A DNA stretch of 64,000 bases, taken from the NCBI RefSeq assembly GCF_009834535.1, contig NC_045696.1, forward strand, positions 16,308,001 to 16,372,000. The letters run 5' to 3'. The translations under genes were made by a program, and so were the position numbers. Source of the stretch: Camelus ferus (taxonomy: Eukaryota). The first letter of the stretch is position 1. Each line of letters opens with the position of its first letter. Below, in pieces: positions 1 through 13,195 of the stretch. The notes beneath the pieces are model-generated. The model was not told the origin of the DNA and did no database searches. It saw nothing but the letters and a program-made list of their open reading frames with translations.

Positions 1-406
1 CAAGGCTAATTTTATTGAAATGAGGGCATAATGAGCAAAAGTTACATTCAGACACTGGAGATTCCCACCTTTCTCTGTCAGCCTCCAGAACACTAGTCAC
101 CCCCAAATCTGTGATCTCTTATCAGTCTTGAGGTTCCTGTTTTTCTCTGTCTGCCCAAGGACGCTTGTTGTTTACATGATGTATGTTTTCCTGCATTTGG
201 CCTGTGCCCCCACCTTTTGCCAAATTCCTGCCATTTGGCTGGGGTTCCCCTTTCTGGTATTCATATCTAGCTATCTGCCTGCTCTAACAGAAGGTCAAAA
301 ATTCTTCCTGAGTCCTTTGGACCTTAAAGATAATCAACCCCAAATTAATCTTCAGGCCAAAGAGACACATTTTGGTGAAGAGGGGGCAAATTTTGCTCCC
401 CTACAG
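1..406. mobile_element. ERV1-class LTR remnants: one LTR ending ...ctctaaca (~289) abutting a MER4-group-like LTR end (~290-406)
   Basis: LTR-like termini (ctaaca; attttgctcccctaca). The 290-406 piece resembles the end of the LTR at 23728-24289. Confidence 0.5.
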
Positions 407-975
407 AATGTGGCCTCCCACTTCTGTCCAGAAGCTCAGCATTTTATGACCCAACTGTGTCTCCCATTCTTTACGTGCCTCATGCACCAAAGCTCAAAGA
501 TGAGGAAGACCGGAAGGAGATCAGTCCCTGATCCTCAAAGATTTTAAATTCAGATGCTCAATGGTAGAGGAATAAGAAATATGCACTAATAACAACAAAA
601 GAAGGCAGAATCTGATGGCATGAACTCCCCGACAGCCCAAGATCTGATGGAATGAGAAAACACATTCATTTGCAGGGGGATGAAGAATAACTTCATGGCA
701 TGTGAACTGATCCTGAAGAATGGATTGAATCTGGACAAGAAGAGATGAATGCACGTGCAGGAAAGGGAGGACTATATTTCATGTGACACAGAAAAATGAG
801 CAAAGCACAAATGTGGAAAAGTCCTCATAAAAGGGAGGGAATCCATTTCACACTTGGAATTTGGACACTCAGGGTCCATCTAGGAGAAAGAAATCACATC
901 AGCTATTTAAACAGAGAGATGTTAATATCAAGAAGAGTTAACTAATATAGAATTCTGAACTAAGTAAGTAAAAAA

Positions 976-1735
976 CAGTGCTGTGCTGAGCTATATTGAA
1001 GCCTGAGGCAAGAGGAAATGAAACCTTGTGCACCCTTATACATATGATTTTATGTACTTTTTAAATGGTGAATTTTTCCAGAATAATTGTTGGAAAAAAT
1101 ATTGAAAAATTGAAAAGTCAGTGTACTAATATCCACAACATTAAGTTTCAATGTTTTATTTATACCCAAACCTAATTTGTTATAATTTACATCAGTATAA
1201 AAAGCTAATTCAAAATTATTCAATATCATCCCTTGGACAGGGGAAACAGTTAAACATAGTAATTCTCTCAATTAAAAATGAAATAAGCAAAAATAGCATT
1301 TTAAAAAAATACTGTTGATGAGTTTGTTTCCATTAAAGCCAGTGGAGCACATTTTTCCATTTGCCTCAGGCTCTGAGGTGCCTCAGCACGGCAGTGGTCT
1401 CTGAAATTCTGATATTTTGTTCATCATGGTTTTGCACATTTAATTTTGATATTTTTAAAAATATTGCATTGGAATATAATTCACCTGGTTGCGGGGGGAA
1501 CAGTATAGCTCAGTGATAGAGCACATATAGCATGCATGAGGTCCTGGGTTCAATCCCCAGTACCTCCATGAAATAAATGAATAAATAAATGAATGAATGA
1601 ATAAGCAAACAAACAAAAAAAACAAACCTAATTACCTCCCCCTCCAAAGAGAAAAAAAAAAGAAATATAATTAACCTGGATTCCTGAGAATTTTGGTTCC
1701 CCTTTGAATTCTATGTCTGAGGCAACTGCCTCAGG
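976..1735. mobile_element. hAT-Tip100 DNA transposon remnant (Zaphod/MER115-like), interrupted by a SINE
   Basis: Inverted repeats cagtgctgtgctgagctatattgaagcctgaggcaa (~976-1011) and ttgcctcaggctctgaggtgcctcagcacggcagtg (~1361-1396). The + strand at ~1202-1345 encodes a decayed hAT dimerisation-domain peptide KLIQNYSISSLGQGKQLNIVILSIKNEISK.../TVDEFVSIKA. Confidence 0.7.
1491..1663 (+). mobile_element. tRNA-derived camelid SINE (Vic-1-like)
   Basis: A-box tatagctcagtgatagagc, B-box ggttcaatccc, aaacctaattacctcccc motif and A-rich tail. TSD aatataatt(c/a)acctgg at 1473-1488 and 1664-1679. Confidence 0.9.
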
Positions 1736-2299
1736 AGAATTCTCAGGTCTCACAGCCAAGGTGAAGAAGGGTTGCCGGCTCACAGGAGCAGACAGCCCGA
1801 GGGAAGCACCCAAGAAACAAACAGGTAGGAGCCATCCCTTGTTCCTCCTCCAGCCCTGCGGTCTCTCTCATGCGCGCCCCCTAGAGGAAGAGTCCAACAG
1901 GGAGCCTGCAGACAAAGCAGAAATGCAGGTGGCAGAGACTGGGACCCAGCATCACAAAGCCAACTTGAGAAGAGAGAGAGTGTGGAGCTAAAAGACTGAG
2001 CAAGATAATGGGCAAACAGATGATTTCCCCCGAGTAGGATTTCAGAGGGTAAGGAGGATAATAATCAATTTTCGGTCACCATGCTGAGCTCTTTACAACG
2101 TCACACAGTTCATACATGAAGGTGTCCTGAATCCAAACCTAGTTCAATCTCATCCCAAAGCCTGTGCTTTCAACCACTCTGCCGTACATGAGGAAGGAGA
2201 GGGCATTTCAGGCAAAAGAAAACAATAGAACAAGACAAAGGGTTGACAAATAACACAGCACATGACAGAGAACAGCAGTCCAGTTATAGAACATCTGTT

Positions 2300-2510
2300 C
2301 TGTACCAGACACATTACCGAGTGTTTTATAAAAATTGTTTTACTTTTTATTTGTAGGTAATCTTTTTATTCCCATTTTACAGATGGGAAACTAAGTCACA
2401 GAATATTAATTAAATTTGCCTGGGGTCAGTCAGTTCACAGATGAAGCAACCAGGATACACATACAGACACTTCCCCTCCAGAGCCCCTGCACTTAGTCAC
2501 TAGCCACACC
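2300..2510 (-). mobile_element. MIR SINE fragment
   Basis: MIR core-like attcccattttacagatgggaaactaagtcacaga...aaatttgcctggggtca. Confidence 0.7.
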
Positions 2511-3247
2511 ACCCCCGAAAGAGATATGAAAGGATCAGGTCATGGAGGCCATCTTAAGGTGCAAGACCTTCTTTTTAGTAGGAAGGGGGAACGCTAAAGC
2601 ATTTTGAACAGTGTCAGTTTTGTATTTTGTATAGTCCACAATGGCCTGAGCCCAGTTTGGAGGATGGATTTTAAATATACAAATAGGAATTGGAGAAACC
2701 AACTAGGAAGCTATTACAATAATTTAATGAACTAGTAGAGTTCTGATGAAGTTGAAAATAATGAAAGTATTTAAGAGATTAGAGATATTGTAACCCTAAT
2801 GACTGGATGTGGATGATGAAGGACAGGGAAGAGTAATGGACTACCAGGGTTTGGGGGGATGGCCAGTAAGTCAGCATGTCATCTGCTGATGGAAATATTT
2901 GTCTAATGCAGTAGACTAGTTGATTTCACATTTGAATTCTGGAGCATACGTAGAAGTGTAAGATAAGCCAAGTCCATATTTTCTTGGTTACTGAATGCCA
3001 GCTAAGGAATTTTCAATTTTATTGGAAATCAGGATCTCAGAAAAAAAGCTTTTAATAAAAATGCTGTGATTATAATTGCGTTGAAAGAAAATCCCAAATT
3101 TGGTCCTCCCTTGGTAGAAACTCGTGGTAGCTCAGGCCTCTAAAATCTCTAACATGTTCCTTAAAAGCAATACATCTTGAGTCCAACTTTAAATATGTTC
3201 CAACACACATATCTCCTAAACTGGTGAGCATCAATCTACTGAGAACC

Positions 3248-3680
3248 TGACCAGAGCTGCGAAGGGTCTGATATTTTAGCCCACTTTTCAGCCACAAGTT
3301 ATCCAGCTGTCATCTCATAGATGCAGGCAATAGACCCAAGAGTCCTGGGTCAGCGGCAAAGGACTGTTATCACTCAGAGCCACAGCAGCAGCCAGACTAT
3401 CAGCATTTGCGTCCATCCCCGAGACCCAGTTCCCACAAAGTGAAGACAGCCAGATCATACCTATATAAGCAATGAGTGTATTAAAGGAGAAGAACCCCAA
3501 GCAAAGGGAACCTATATATTTTACTATGAGTGTTAAGCAAGACTGTGCTCTGCTCTGGAGAGAGACACTATCTCTAGCTTGCAAGACAAATAACCTTGAA
3601 AAGAGAGCCTGGAACAAAGGCAGCTCTTCTCCCAAGACATATAGAAATGTGAGAGCTCTGTGAAGATTTGGCTCCCAACA
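3248..3680 (-). mobile_element. Old ERVL-class solo LTR (MER54/MER74/MER77-like)
   Basis: Minus strand begins tgttgggagccaaatc and contains gatagtgtctctctccagagc and ctgctgctgtggctctgagtgataacagtcctttg...tgacccaggactcttgggtct, as in this LTR group. Confidence 0.65.
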
Positions 3681-5109
3681 ATTAGATGTTTCTATAATTT
3701 TCAGATGACTTTGTAGAACTCTTGGCTTTGGCTTGGCAAATGCATGATACAAAAGCTTTCAAAGTATGCAACATAAGGAGAAAGAAGTAATGTGGTTCAG
3801 CAGATAGAATGTGTAGTAATAACTGAAACAAACCAACTAGGTAGATCAAACTCACTGGGAAACAGGGGCATTCACAGATACAGATGCCAACACGCCAACC
3901 TTGCAGTGCTTTGGGAAGTGAGAGACTGGGGATCAAGGACAGACCAAGAAACAGATACTACTTATGTACAGAAGAGCGAAAGAATTTAGAGGGTGGTTCA
4001 TGTGCTTGTTGGGGCTGACGCTTGCAGTTCTGTCTGCAGCAGAAGAATATACCAGAAATTAAAGACCAGTGATTCACATCCTGGCTGCAAAGATAACGCA
4101 CTAAGGAGTCGGAGATTAGAATAGGACTTAATGAGAGGTAATAATCCAATCTTGTATTCACATTTGACTGTCTGAAAGGATTTTTACTCATATCATCTTA
4201 CGTGCTTTCAATCAGCCAGAGCTCAACATAATACAACATCATAATACAAGAGGCTTACAGGGAGCGGAGAGAGAAGGGAAGTTCCCTCTCTCCTCTGCTT
4301 AGAAAGCCACAAAGTTGTGCTGGGAATGATGTTGCCAGGCAACCACCAACTTCCATAGGCTTTGGGACGAGATGTTCTTGCTCTCCATTAGAATGAAACA
4401 TCACACTGAAGGCCCAGGACAGAGAAGAATGATTTGTTTGTTGATGGTGGCAAACTCACACCATGAGGGTCATTGCTCATTGGATCAGCTCCAAGGAAAA
4501 TCATGGGTCCAAGGCATGCCCTATGCATATCAAATTTTGGAGGTGTTTTTTTTTTTTTTAAGCTTATCTAGACAGATGTAAAGTTTATTTTGCCTTTCAG
4601 AAATTATCAACCAATCAAACATAATTACAACACAGCCTCTGGAGAAACTTGCGTGGCAACATGGAATAGATACAAGAGAAAAGAGTTCATCTTTCTTTCA
4701 TGCTGCCAAAGACTTTATTACAATAGAGGAGAACAGGGAGAGAGAGAGAGCCAAAGGTCAGGCCCTCTAGGCCAGGGATAATTTAAGAAAATAAGAAGAG
4801 TGAATATTAAAGCAACTCAAATCTCCGTCCACAAATACTATATTTAGCCCAGTTACATGGTTCCCACTACCCCACCCAGGAATATTCAGCAACATGTATG
4901 CAGGCAAGGGAAAGAGGAAAGGTTTTCTAGGGCTGTAAATTCATGAAACTGGCTGTACTGGACAGAGGAATAAGTCATATGGGTGTAAATTCAAAGAAGT
5001 GATTATCATGATGAATTTAAATATCTAAGCTGAGAAGGGAGGAAAGTAGAACCAGGAAGTGATAAAGACAAAGGGTCGGTGAATTAAAAGGTCCTTATGG
5101 TATATAGCA

Positions 5110-5415
5110 AAGTTGGTCACAATATTTTGCGTCTCCTTCTATCAAGAGGTGGAATTCATTTTCTCACTCCTTAAATCTGAGCTAGGGTTATGACTTGCTT
5201 TGATCCAGACAGTATGGTAGATGTGATGAGCAAGTGAGTTCCAAGCCTAGACCGCAAGAGCTTGAAATGCTACTTCTGTTGCTTTTGGAAGTCTTCAAAT
5301 TACATGTGAACAAGCCCAAGCTAGCCATTACTGGAGGACAGACCACATGGAGGGAGACTTCAGACATCCCAGCAGTCCCACTTTTCCCAGTTGAGATCAT
5401 CATAAACCAGCCAGC
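5110..5415 (+). mobile_element. MaLR LTR fragment (MLT1F/G/H-like)
   Basis: atcaagaggtggaattcattttc..., tgacttgctttga, ttccaagcctag and catgtgaacaagcccaagctagcc motifs. Confidence 0.6.
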
Positions 5416-5651
5416 ATATAAGAGTACTTGGTGCCTTTGTCCTGAAATCCTGAATATCCTATACATTGTCTTCAGTTGGCTCATGAACCTCCAACTCTGA
5501 AACACAGCAGACAGCATTCATCCTCCTTTGGCTTCTTCTATATTTCACTACACTATCAGCCTCATATTTTCCCTATGCAGTATGGTCCCCATGGCCTTGT
5601 AGCCACAGCCCACACTCCTGCTGCTCTGGGATCATGTAACTAGTTTCTGCT

Positions 5652-6858
5652 CCCTGAATTCAAACTATATTACAAAGCTACAGTAATCAAAACAGTGTGG
5701 CATTGGTGTAAAAATAAATAAGTAAATCAATAGAGCAAAATAGAAACTCAGAAATAAACCCATGCACATATGGTTAATTAATTTATGACAAAAGAGCCAA
5801 GAATAGATGATGAGAAAAGGACCCTCTGTAGTAAACATTGTTGGGAAAATGGCCACATGCAAAAGAATAAAACTCAACCACTATCTTAACACCATACACA
5901 AAAATTATCTCAAAATGGATTAAAAACTTGAATGTAAGACCTGAAACCATGAAACTCCTAGGGAAAAAAAAAAAAAAAACAAGCAGTAAGGTCATTGACA
6001 TAGGTCTTGGTGATGATTTTTTAATCTGACACCAAAAGCAAAAGTGACAAAAGCAAAAATAAATAAGTTTTTTTCATGCTAAAAAGCATCTGCACAGCTA
6101 AGGAAATGAGCAACAAAATGAAAAGGCAACTTACTGAGTGGGAGAAAGTATTTGCAAATCTTATATCTGATAAGAGGCTAATATCCAAAATATACAAAGA
6201 ACTCATACAACTTTATACCAAAAAACCAAGACAAACAACCCAATTAAAAAATGGACAGAAGGTCTGAACAGACACTTTTCCAAAGAAGACATACAGATGG
6301 CCAAAAGGTACATGCAAAGATGCTCAACATCATCAGGGAAATGGAAATCAAAACCACAATGGGATATCACCTCACATCTGTTAGAATGGCTATTACAGAA
6401 CAAAAACAAATGACGCATGTTGGCGATGATAAGGAAAAAGGGGAAGCTTTGTGCACTGTTTGTGGAACTGTAAATTGGTAAAGCCACTATGGAAAACAAT
6501 ATGGAGGTTTCTAAAAAAATTAAAAGTAAAACTACCATATGATCAAGCAGTTCCACTTCTGGGTATTTATCTGAAGAAAACAATAATAACACCAACTGGA
6601 AAAGATATATGCCCCCATGTTCATTGCAGCATCATTTACCACAGCCCAGATCTGGAAACAATCTAAGGGTCCACTGATGGATGAATGGATAAAAAAATTG
6701 TGTGTGTATGTATATGTGTGTGTGTGTATATATATATGTATATATATATATATAATGGAATATTATTCAGCCATTAAAAAGAATGAAATCTTGTCATTTG
6801 CCATGTGGTTGGATTCTGAGGAAATTATGCTAAATGAAATAAGTCACACAGAGAAAGA

Positions 6859-6926
<68 letters not shown>

Positions 6927-7050
6927 TATATTTATATATATTCTATGATCTCTCTTATATGTGAAACCTAAAGAAAAAAAAGCTTATAGATAGAGAACAG
7001 ATTGGTGTTTGCCAGAGGCAGAGGGTGTGGGGAGGTGGAGGGAGAAATAA
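5652..7050 (+). mobile_element. 5'-truncated, decayed LINE-1 (ORF2 C-terminus and 3'UTR) with internal (TA)n/(CA)n tracts
   Basis: Frameshifted ORF2 peptides [54 protein letters not shown] and [39 protein letters not shown] (Cys-rich domain). Confidence 0.95.
6862..6940. repeat. Compound (TA)n(CA)n microsatellite
   Basis: Directly visible dinucleotide runs. A second (TG)/(TA) tract lies at ~6699-6755. Confidence 0.95.
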
Positions 7051-7789
7051 GATTTTTAAATATATACGGAAAGATTTAGCTGTAATTTCCCCCCTAGTAT
7101 GGACATCTGTAGATACATGTATCTATAGACATATATATATTGACATATATCTATAGATCTTCTATTGGTGTTTTTCTTTGTTAGCTTAAAACAACTCAGT
7201 GTTGTGTGTGCTAAATTCTGAGAGTATAAACATGAATAAATGAAGATAATCCTCGCCCTCAAGGAGCACAGAAAATAGTAAAGGAGACATGTGAGCATAT
7301 AATTACAAGGTCAAAGATTAATTACAAGGTGCAGGGGAGACCTGGAGGAGTTAGGGCGGTTTCCCAGAGGACAAGCCACTTGACAATGGCTTAGATGGAT
7401 AAACCAAATCTGTGAGGCATGAACAAGCACAGAATCTCCAAGCAAGTCCTTTTGGAAGAGTCAAAGTGGGGACCTCAAATTGTAGCTCTTGATAAATATG
7501 GCATATGTGACAGAGCCAAAGACTCCAGGAAAAATTAATCATCTTGGCACTCAGAGGATAGAGAAGGAGTGATTCCTGGAGCCCAGGTCAGATCTTGACG
7601 ATCAGGTAAAAAAGCATCAACATTAAAACCTAAGCATCATCTCTGATGCTCACTTCTGTCTGGTCTGCCCTCCAACGAATACACCTGTTTATGATCTGTT
7701 TCCTCCATCAGAACACCAGGTATATGAGGGCAGAGATCACTGACATGTCCCCCAGAACTAGACTGGTGTGTGGCGTTTAAGAGTTGCTT

Positions 7790-7861
7790 AACATGATTGG
7801 GACATTGTGTTGTACACCAGAAATTGACACATTGGAACTGACTGTACTTCAATTTAAAAAA
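7790..7861 (+). mobile_element. Very short L1 3'-terminal insertion inside an L2 tail fragment (~7680-7915)
   Basis: catgattgggacattgtgttgtacaccagaaattgacacattggaactgactgtacttcaatttaaaaa, closely similar to the copy at ~41600-41670. Flanked by L2-like ...ctcaacaaatctttgttgaataaatga. Confidence 0.7.
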
Positions 7862-8069
7862 GAGAGATACTCAACAAATCTTTGTTGAATAAATGAGTAG
7901 AAACGCAAATGAATTAAGCAAGTTTTTGAGTGTCTTTATCCATAAGAGACCCCACAAACGAGTTTAGTAAAGACACTGAGATGACTCATGTGAAACTAGT
8001 TCTGTCCAGCACTGTGACTACTGCATAGAGATCACTCAACATTACCTATTATTTTCAAGAGTCCTGTCT

Positions 8070-8290
8070 CACCTGCCATATGCCAGGCACTGAGTTAAGT
8101 ACTTTACAGTCATTATGGCTTATTCTCTTTTCCCATAACTTTTAAGAACACTGGGAAAAGTAAGTAGCTAGAATTATTTTCATTTTAGAGATCTGAAATT
8201 GGGATTTAGAGAGGTTCTCAAATTTACTCTCAAGATCACAGAAAGAGTTGAAGAACCAAGATTGCGACTCCATCTCCGATGCCCACTGTC
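8070..8290 (-). mobile_element. MIR fragment
   Basis: atatgccaggcactgagttaagtactttaca...attattttcattttagagatctgaaattgggatttagagagg. Confidence 0.6.
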
Positions 8291-11200
8291 TCACCCACGG
8301 TACTGGGCTACCTCCCCGGGTCCACCTTACCTTTCACAGAAACTGTCAAGTTGTGTGACAGCTAGGTGTGCATTAAACACACAACATTTTCCCCACTCAA
8401 CTGTGGGCTCCCAAAGGGGACGGAATGTGCAGGCTGCTCATTTTTTTGGTGACTTTCAAAGCAGGTTTCCATCTGCACTCTGCAAGCCCTAGAGGCTGTC
8501 TGGGTGTGCCTGAGGGACCCCCACAGGGAAGGAGAGAAATGCAGTGCTCGGAGCTCCTCTCTCCCACCTCAGTTATTTGATCCTCCTTTTAGGTTTCTTT
8601 ACCATAAATATGAAATATGTATTTTTAAAGAAACCTTAATTAGGTACAATGGTGTCTAATAATTTAGCTTCCTGTCATCTTCCGAACTTGCCCACCTAAA
8701 TGAAAGAAGGAAAAGCACAGATGCTTGCTTCTTCCTGACCCAAGTATAAAATATCATGGGAGAAATATAATTGAAGAAAGGATTCTGCTGGGAAAAAAAA
8801 AGAAGTCAGGCTCTTGCGTCTACCGATGTCAGAACATTCAATGCTGTTAATTCAATAAAGACTAGTTGGAAGTAGAAGCAGAAGACAGTGAGGGGTATGG
8901 AAGGAACCAGTGATCTTCACACACTGGTCGTTTCTGTGTTATGTGAATAACTCTAAAGCTGGAGTGTCATCTTCCCACATAAAAGGCAGCAGGATACAGG
9001 CAGTGTGGGCACAAGAGGGAAATTAGGTCCCGTATCTCAGTCACGGATGCGAGGCCACCTGCTATACTGGACAACAAAAGGGGGACATGAAAACTGATAA
9101 AAATAAAGCCCCCCAAAAGCACACTGAAGCCACTTACACTTGCTGACATAATCGAAAGACTTCTTTTAGGGGGAGCAAATTTAGTGTCATCCTTCAATTT
9201 TAGACTAGGAACATGCCTACATGTAATAGAACAAGGAGAAAACACACTTTCTCCATAGCAACGACCTGAAAACTCAGCTAGATTCTCATTGCCGGAGAAC
9301 ATTTGACAGAGAAATCTTGAGAAGCGGTTTTCCCCCAGAGACTGATCAGGCGGCAGAAAGGGAACGTGGAGGAGAAATTGAAGAAGGACCAGCGCCCGAA
9401 GACGAAGTTACCAAGGTGTAGGAGGTGCTAAATGGGAGAGAAGCAGGGAAGAAGCCACAAAAAGTATTTTAAGAATTCAACAACACCGATGCCAGGGAGA
9501 AGGGTTGATTAACCAGTGCTGACTCACTCAGCCACAAACCCAAACCACTCGGCACCAAAGCAGGGAATCTGAAGAGCAAATTACTCACTCTTGACAAGGA
9601 GCCGACAGCCTGTCCCTCAAAGGGGGCAGCGACATTGGACTACTTCGTCCCCTAGATAGGCCGCACATTGATTCCTGCAGATGGGCCCTTGCCAAGGAGG
9701 ATACAAATCCCAAGGCTACTCGGGGCTCCGTGCAGAGATGCACTGATTTTCTAGAAGCATCTCCAGCACAAAAGAGGACACCAAAATGCCCCGATGGCCA
9801 CTTTTTATGCCAGCCTGAGCAACTCAACCAAAGCGGGGGTTAAAATTCATTCATTCGTTCAATTCATTTAAGAAGCATTTATTGGCCTGTTAGGCACTGA
9901 GATGATCACAGGTGCAAAGATGAGTGATGCAGTCGAGGGGCTCAAGGGCCCCATTTGGGAAGGCACTGGTTGGTGCTCTGCTGGAGGGCTGAACAGAGAA
10001 TGGGCAACAGGCACCCAGAGTCAGAGAAACCGGAGTTCAATTTCTAGGTCTGCGACTTCCCAGCTGGACGCTCATTGCTTTCATCTCCCTTTCCTCCTTT
10101 GCAGAGTTGTTTTCAGGACTTCTGTGCTAGTGAGTACACTGACCTGAAAGCACTGTGATTGCTTTAAAAAAAAAAAGTGAGATTTTATTCAAATGTAATT
10201 ATTATTCAAATTTATTAAATTTGTACTATTAAATACAGTGCATTGAGAACACAGAAAAAGATCATGTAACTTGTTTCTCTCTCTCCCCGTGGAGATTCTG
10301 TTCTTAGTCTGTAGCTAGCAGCTGCCAAGACACACATAGTGAAATGGGATTAAACTACCTTCATGGATTTGAGCAGCACATACGCAGTGGCCAGCACTAG
10401 CAATAATACCACAGCATTAAACAACACGCCAGCCAGGGTGACGCCAGAATAAATTGGCCACCACTCTTTCTAACAAGTCTCCGATGTGTGTTAACGTGGC
10501 TTTTGCCACACTGTCCAATTGCATCCTAACTCTGGGGCTTAAGGTACCTACAATCAAATTCTGCTTAAATTAAGGCTGTTCGCATCCTTTATCACATCAA
10601 AGTGTGAAAGGAACTTCCCGGAGGAAACGTTTCAAAAACACCCTCATTGCAAATCACTCCGGTAGAAGGTAAGAGAAGGTCTCAATTAGCCACTGTAATG
10701 AACAGTGGCCTCTGGACATGCTGTCAGAAGTGTCATCTTCTGATGACACTTAGCCCTGTTCACTCTCAGTTCATTATTTCTCAGTCTCCAGTGGTGACAG
10801 GATGGAATTGCAAAGGCTCTCTGAACGAGTTGTGTGAGCAGGGAGTGAGTAATGAGATCCCAGGGCACTGGCTCTCTCAGGAGGCGCTAACTCCACTCAG
10901 AAGAGAGAGGAGGGAGCCCGGCATGGGGAGTCAAAGAAGCAGGCTCCGGGTGAGCTGCGTGCCTTGGGCAAGCCTCCACTTTGCTTTCTGTCTCGGTTGT
11001 GCCATCTACAAAATGGAACCACTTCCACAGCCTTCTCCCCTCTTCCCAGGGGATGCTGGGTCTGCCGGTTGGTTGGTTCCAACAAGCTAACCTAAACTCA
11101 GAAAAGGTGAGCGGTTGATAACAGTCACAGGGAACAAATCTGGGCTTCACTAGAGAATAAAACGTAGAAATGGGGAGTGAGGAGCTCAAATGCTTTCTCC

Positions 11201-11312
11201 CTCCTCTCTGGGAGGCTGACCTCTGCCTCTCTCTTGGTGTTTATCCATTCCGTCCTCCCTCTCCAGACCTCCTTTCTTTGGACCCCCTGCCCCCGCCCCA
11301 CACGCATAAGCC

Positions 11313-11480
11313 CAGGAAGACTTATCGTAACGTTCACGAAGCTCAAGCTTCAGGATCTCTCACTCGCGGCGCCTCTTCCAAATAAATATTCTACTTCACA
11401 CTCCCTTTCGGGTTGGTTGGTTGGTTTTCCCTGAAAAGGACCCTGCGTTGCATGTGCTTCAGAAATTGGATCTGCTCCTG
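11313..11480. mobile_element. Short non-autonomous hAT-Tip100 element (Arthur1A/MER69A-like)
   Basis: Termini cagg...ggatctgctcctg, with internal gaagctcaagcttcagga and tgcttcag motifs characteristic of this element. Confidence 0.6.
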
Positions 11481-11624
11481 CCCACGAAGCATGTTTTGCT
11501 ACAGCTGACAGTCTTCATGCTTCTCACACCTTTCATTTGTCACATAGCCCCTAATTTAAGTCACTCCCATACCCGGAGCCTCAAGAGAAGCTGGCTTGAC
11601 AGTGTTTTTAGGGTTTTTTAATGA

Positions 11625-11850
11625 ATGGATTTTATTTTTTTAAGAGCAGTTGTAGGTTTACAGAGGAATTGAGCAGAAAGTACAGAGAGTTCCCATATCC
11701 CTCGCGCACCCCGGCCCCTCCCCCCACATGGTTCCCCCATTACGACCATCTTGCCCTGGCGTGGCGCTCTTGTTACCATTGATGGACATACATTATTATC
11801 AACCAAAATCCATAGTTTACGTTAAGGCTTGCTCTTTGTGTTGGATAGAC
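11625..11850 (-). mobile_element. Old L1 (L1MB/MC-like) 3'UTR end
   Basis: ttttttaagagcagttgtaggtttacagaggaattgagcagaaagtacagagagttcccata...acattattatcaaccaaaatccatagtttacgttaagg. Confidence 0.8.
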
Positions 11851-12514
11851 AGAGTTTTTGAATCTCAATTTCAAGTTCCTAAATTGAAAATCTAATGGGC
11901 TTCATGGAGTAGGTGTCCACCACCACAGAGGGTGAGACCATGGGGTGTGCGGCCACTTAGCAGGGCTGAGAACGGGTTATGGGAGGTAAGAGTGTGTCCA
12001 CGGCCACGTACACAACAGGCAGGATATGTGCTGGGCAGGTATGTCTACAGGGGACCTACCACAGAAAGAGAAATCAAATTATATATAAGAAAACAATTGG
12101 CGATCTTTACAAAAAGAGTATTACACATACAAAGGATGTGATTACTGCACTCCCATATTCTCCTGCAATGCATTTGAAAGGACTTTTTTTCCACTGTCCG
12201 TTTCTATCTGAATGGGTCAAAACTACTTCTAAGAATTAATCAGATTTCCACTTGACACCCTCAATATTTTTAGGTTCGCTAATTAAAATCAAAGCTTGAT
12301 CAGCTAAAGGAAAAGACTTACAATTCCACACTCAGATTTAGGGGAGGGTGGTGGAGATGAACAATAAGGGGACAACTGTGTACAGCTTGAGATTTGAGTT
12401 GTCTCTCACTCCACCTAGCACCAGAATAACTCAGTAAAATGTATTTACTAAGCAGGGCAGTTCTGGACAAAGACTCCTATCTTTTTGATTTGAAGAGGAC
12501 ACATAACTGACCCT

Positions 12515-13195
12515 GGCATATATTTGCCCCCAAAGATGTCCACGTTCAAATCCCCAGAACCTACGGACATGTTAGGTTAAGTCACAGAAAGGGAATTAAG
12601 ATGGCAAATGGAATTAAGGTTGCTAAACAGCTGGCCTTAAAATAGAGCTACCCTGGATTACCTGGGTGGGTCCAGGTAATCACAAAAATGGAAGAAGGAG
12701 GCAGAAAAAGATGAGACGTGAGAAAGACTTGACCAGCATTTAATGGCTTTGAAGAGGAAAGTCGAACATGAGCCAAGGAATGTGGGGCAGTCAGTCTCCA
12801 GAGCTGGAAAGGGCAAGAAAACCAACTCTCCTCTAGAACCTTCCAGAGAGAATCCAGTCATGCCAATCCTCTATTAAAAGCCAATAAGACCCATATCCAG
12901 AACTGTAAGATATTTTTTTACTGAAGCATAGTTGATTTACAATAGTGTGTTAGTTTCAGGGGTACAGCAAAGTGATTTAGATATATATGTATTTATATAT
13001 ACCCTTTTATCCTTTTTCAGATTCTTTTCCAATATAGGTCATTACAAGATACTGAATATATTTCCCTGCTATACAGTAAATCCTTGGGGTTTTTTTCTAT
13101 TTTATATATGATAGTGCATATCTGATAATTAAAGTAATTATTTTTAATCCACCAAATTTGTGGTATTTTTACAGCAGCAAAAGGAAACTAACACA
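12515..13195 (+). mobile_element. MLT1D-like MaLR solo LTR interrupted by an L1 3' fragment
   Basis: cccccaaagatgtccacg..., gagccaaggaatgtgggg..., ccagaactgtaaga [insert] ...tgtggtattttacagcagcaaaaggaaactaacaca. Confidence 0.8.
12912..13125 (-). mobile_element. Truncated L1 3' end (artiodactyl-type) nested in the MLT1D
   Basis: ttttttactgaagcatagttgatttacaatagtgtgttagtttcaggggtacagcaaagtgatt...ccctgctatacagtaaatcc. Confidence 0.85.

Noticed and set aside
128..547. 139-aa ORF
   Set aside because: Starts at TTG and lies mostly within LTR remnants. No recognisable protein similarity.
1495..1570. tRNA-like sequence with A and B boxes (also at 18520, 32207, 38122, 52835)
   Set aside because: Diverged heads followed by SINE tails, several with TSDs. 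These are SINEs, not tRNA genes.
9300..9480. Purine-rich stretch that reads like an acidic peptide (…EIEEGPAPEDEVTKV*)
   Set aside because: Short, stop-interrupted, with no poly(A) or TSD. I cannot match it to a known protein, so no processed pseudogene is called.
10647..11090. 147-aa ORF
   Set aside because: Non-ATG start, runs through a probable MIR fragment, no recognisable homology.
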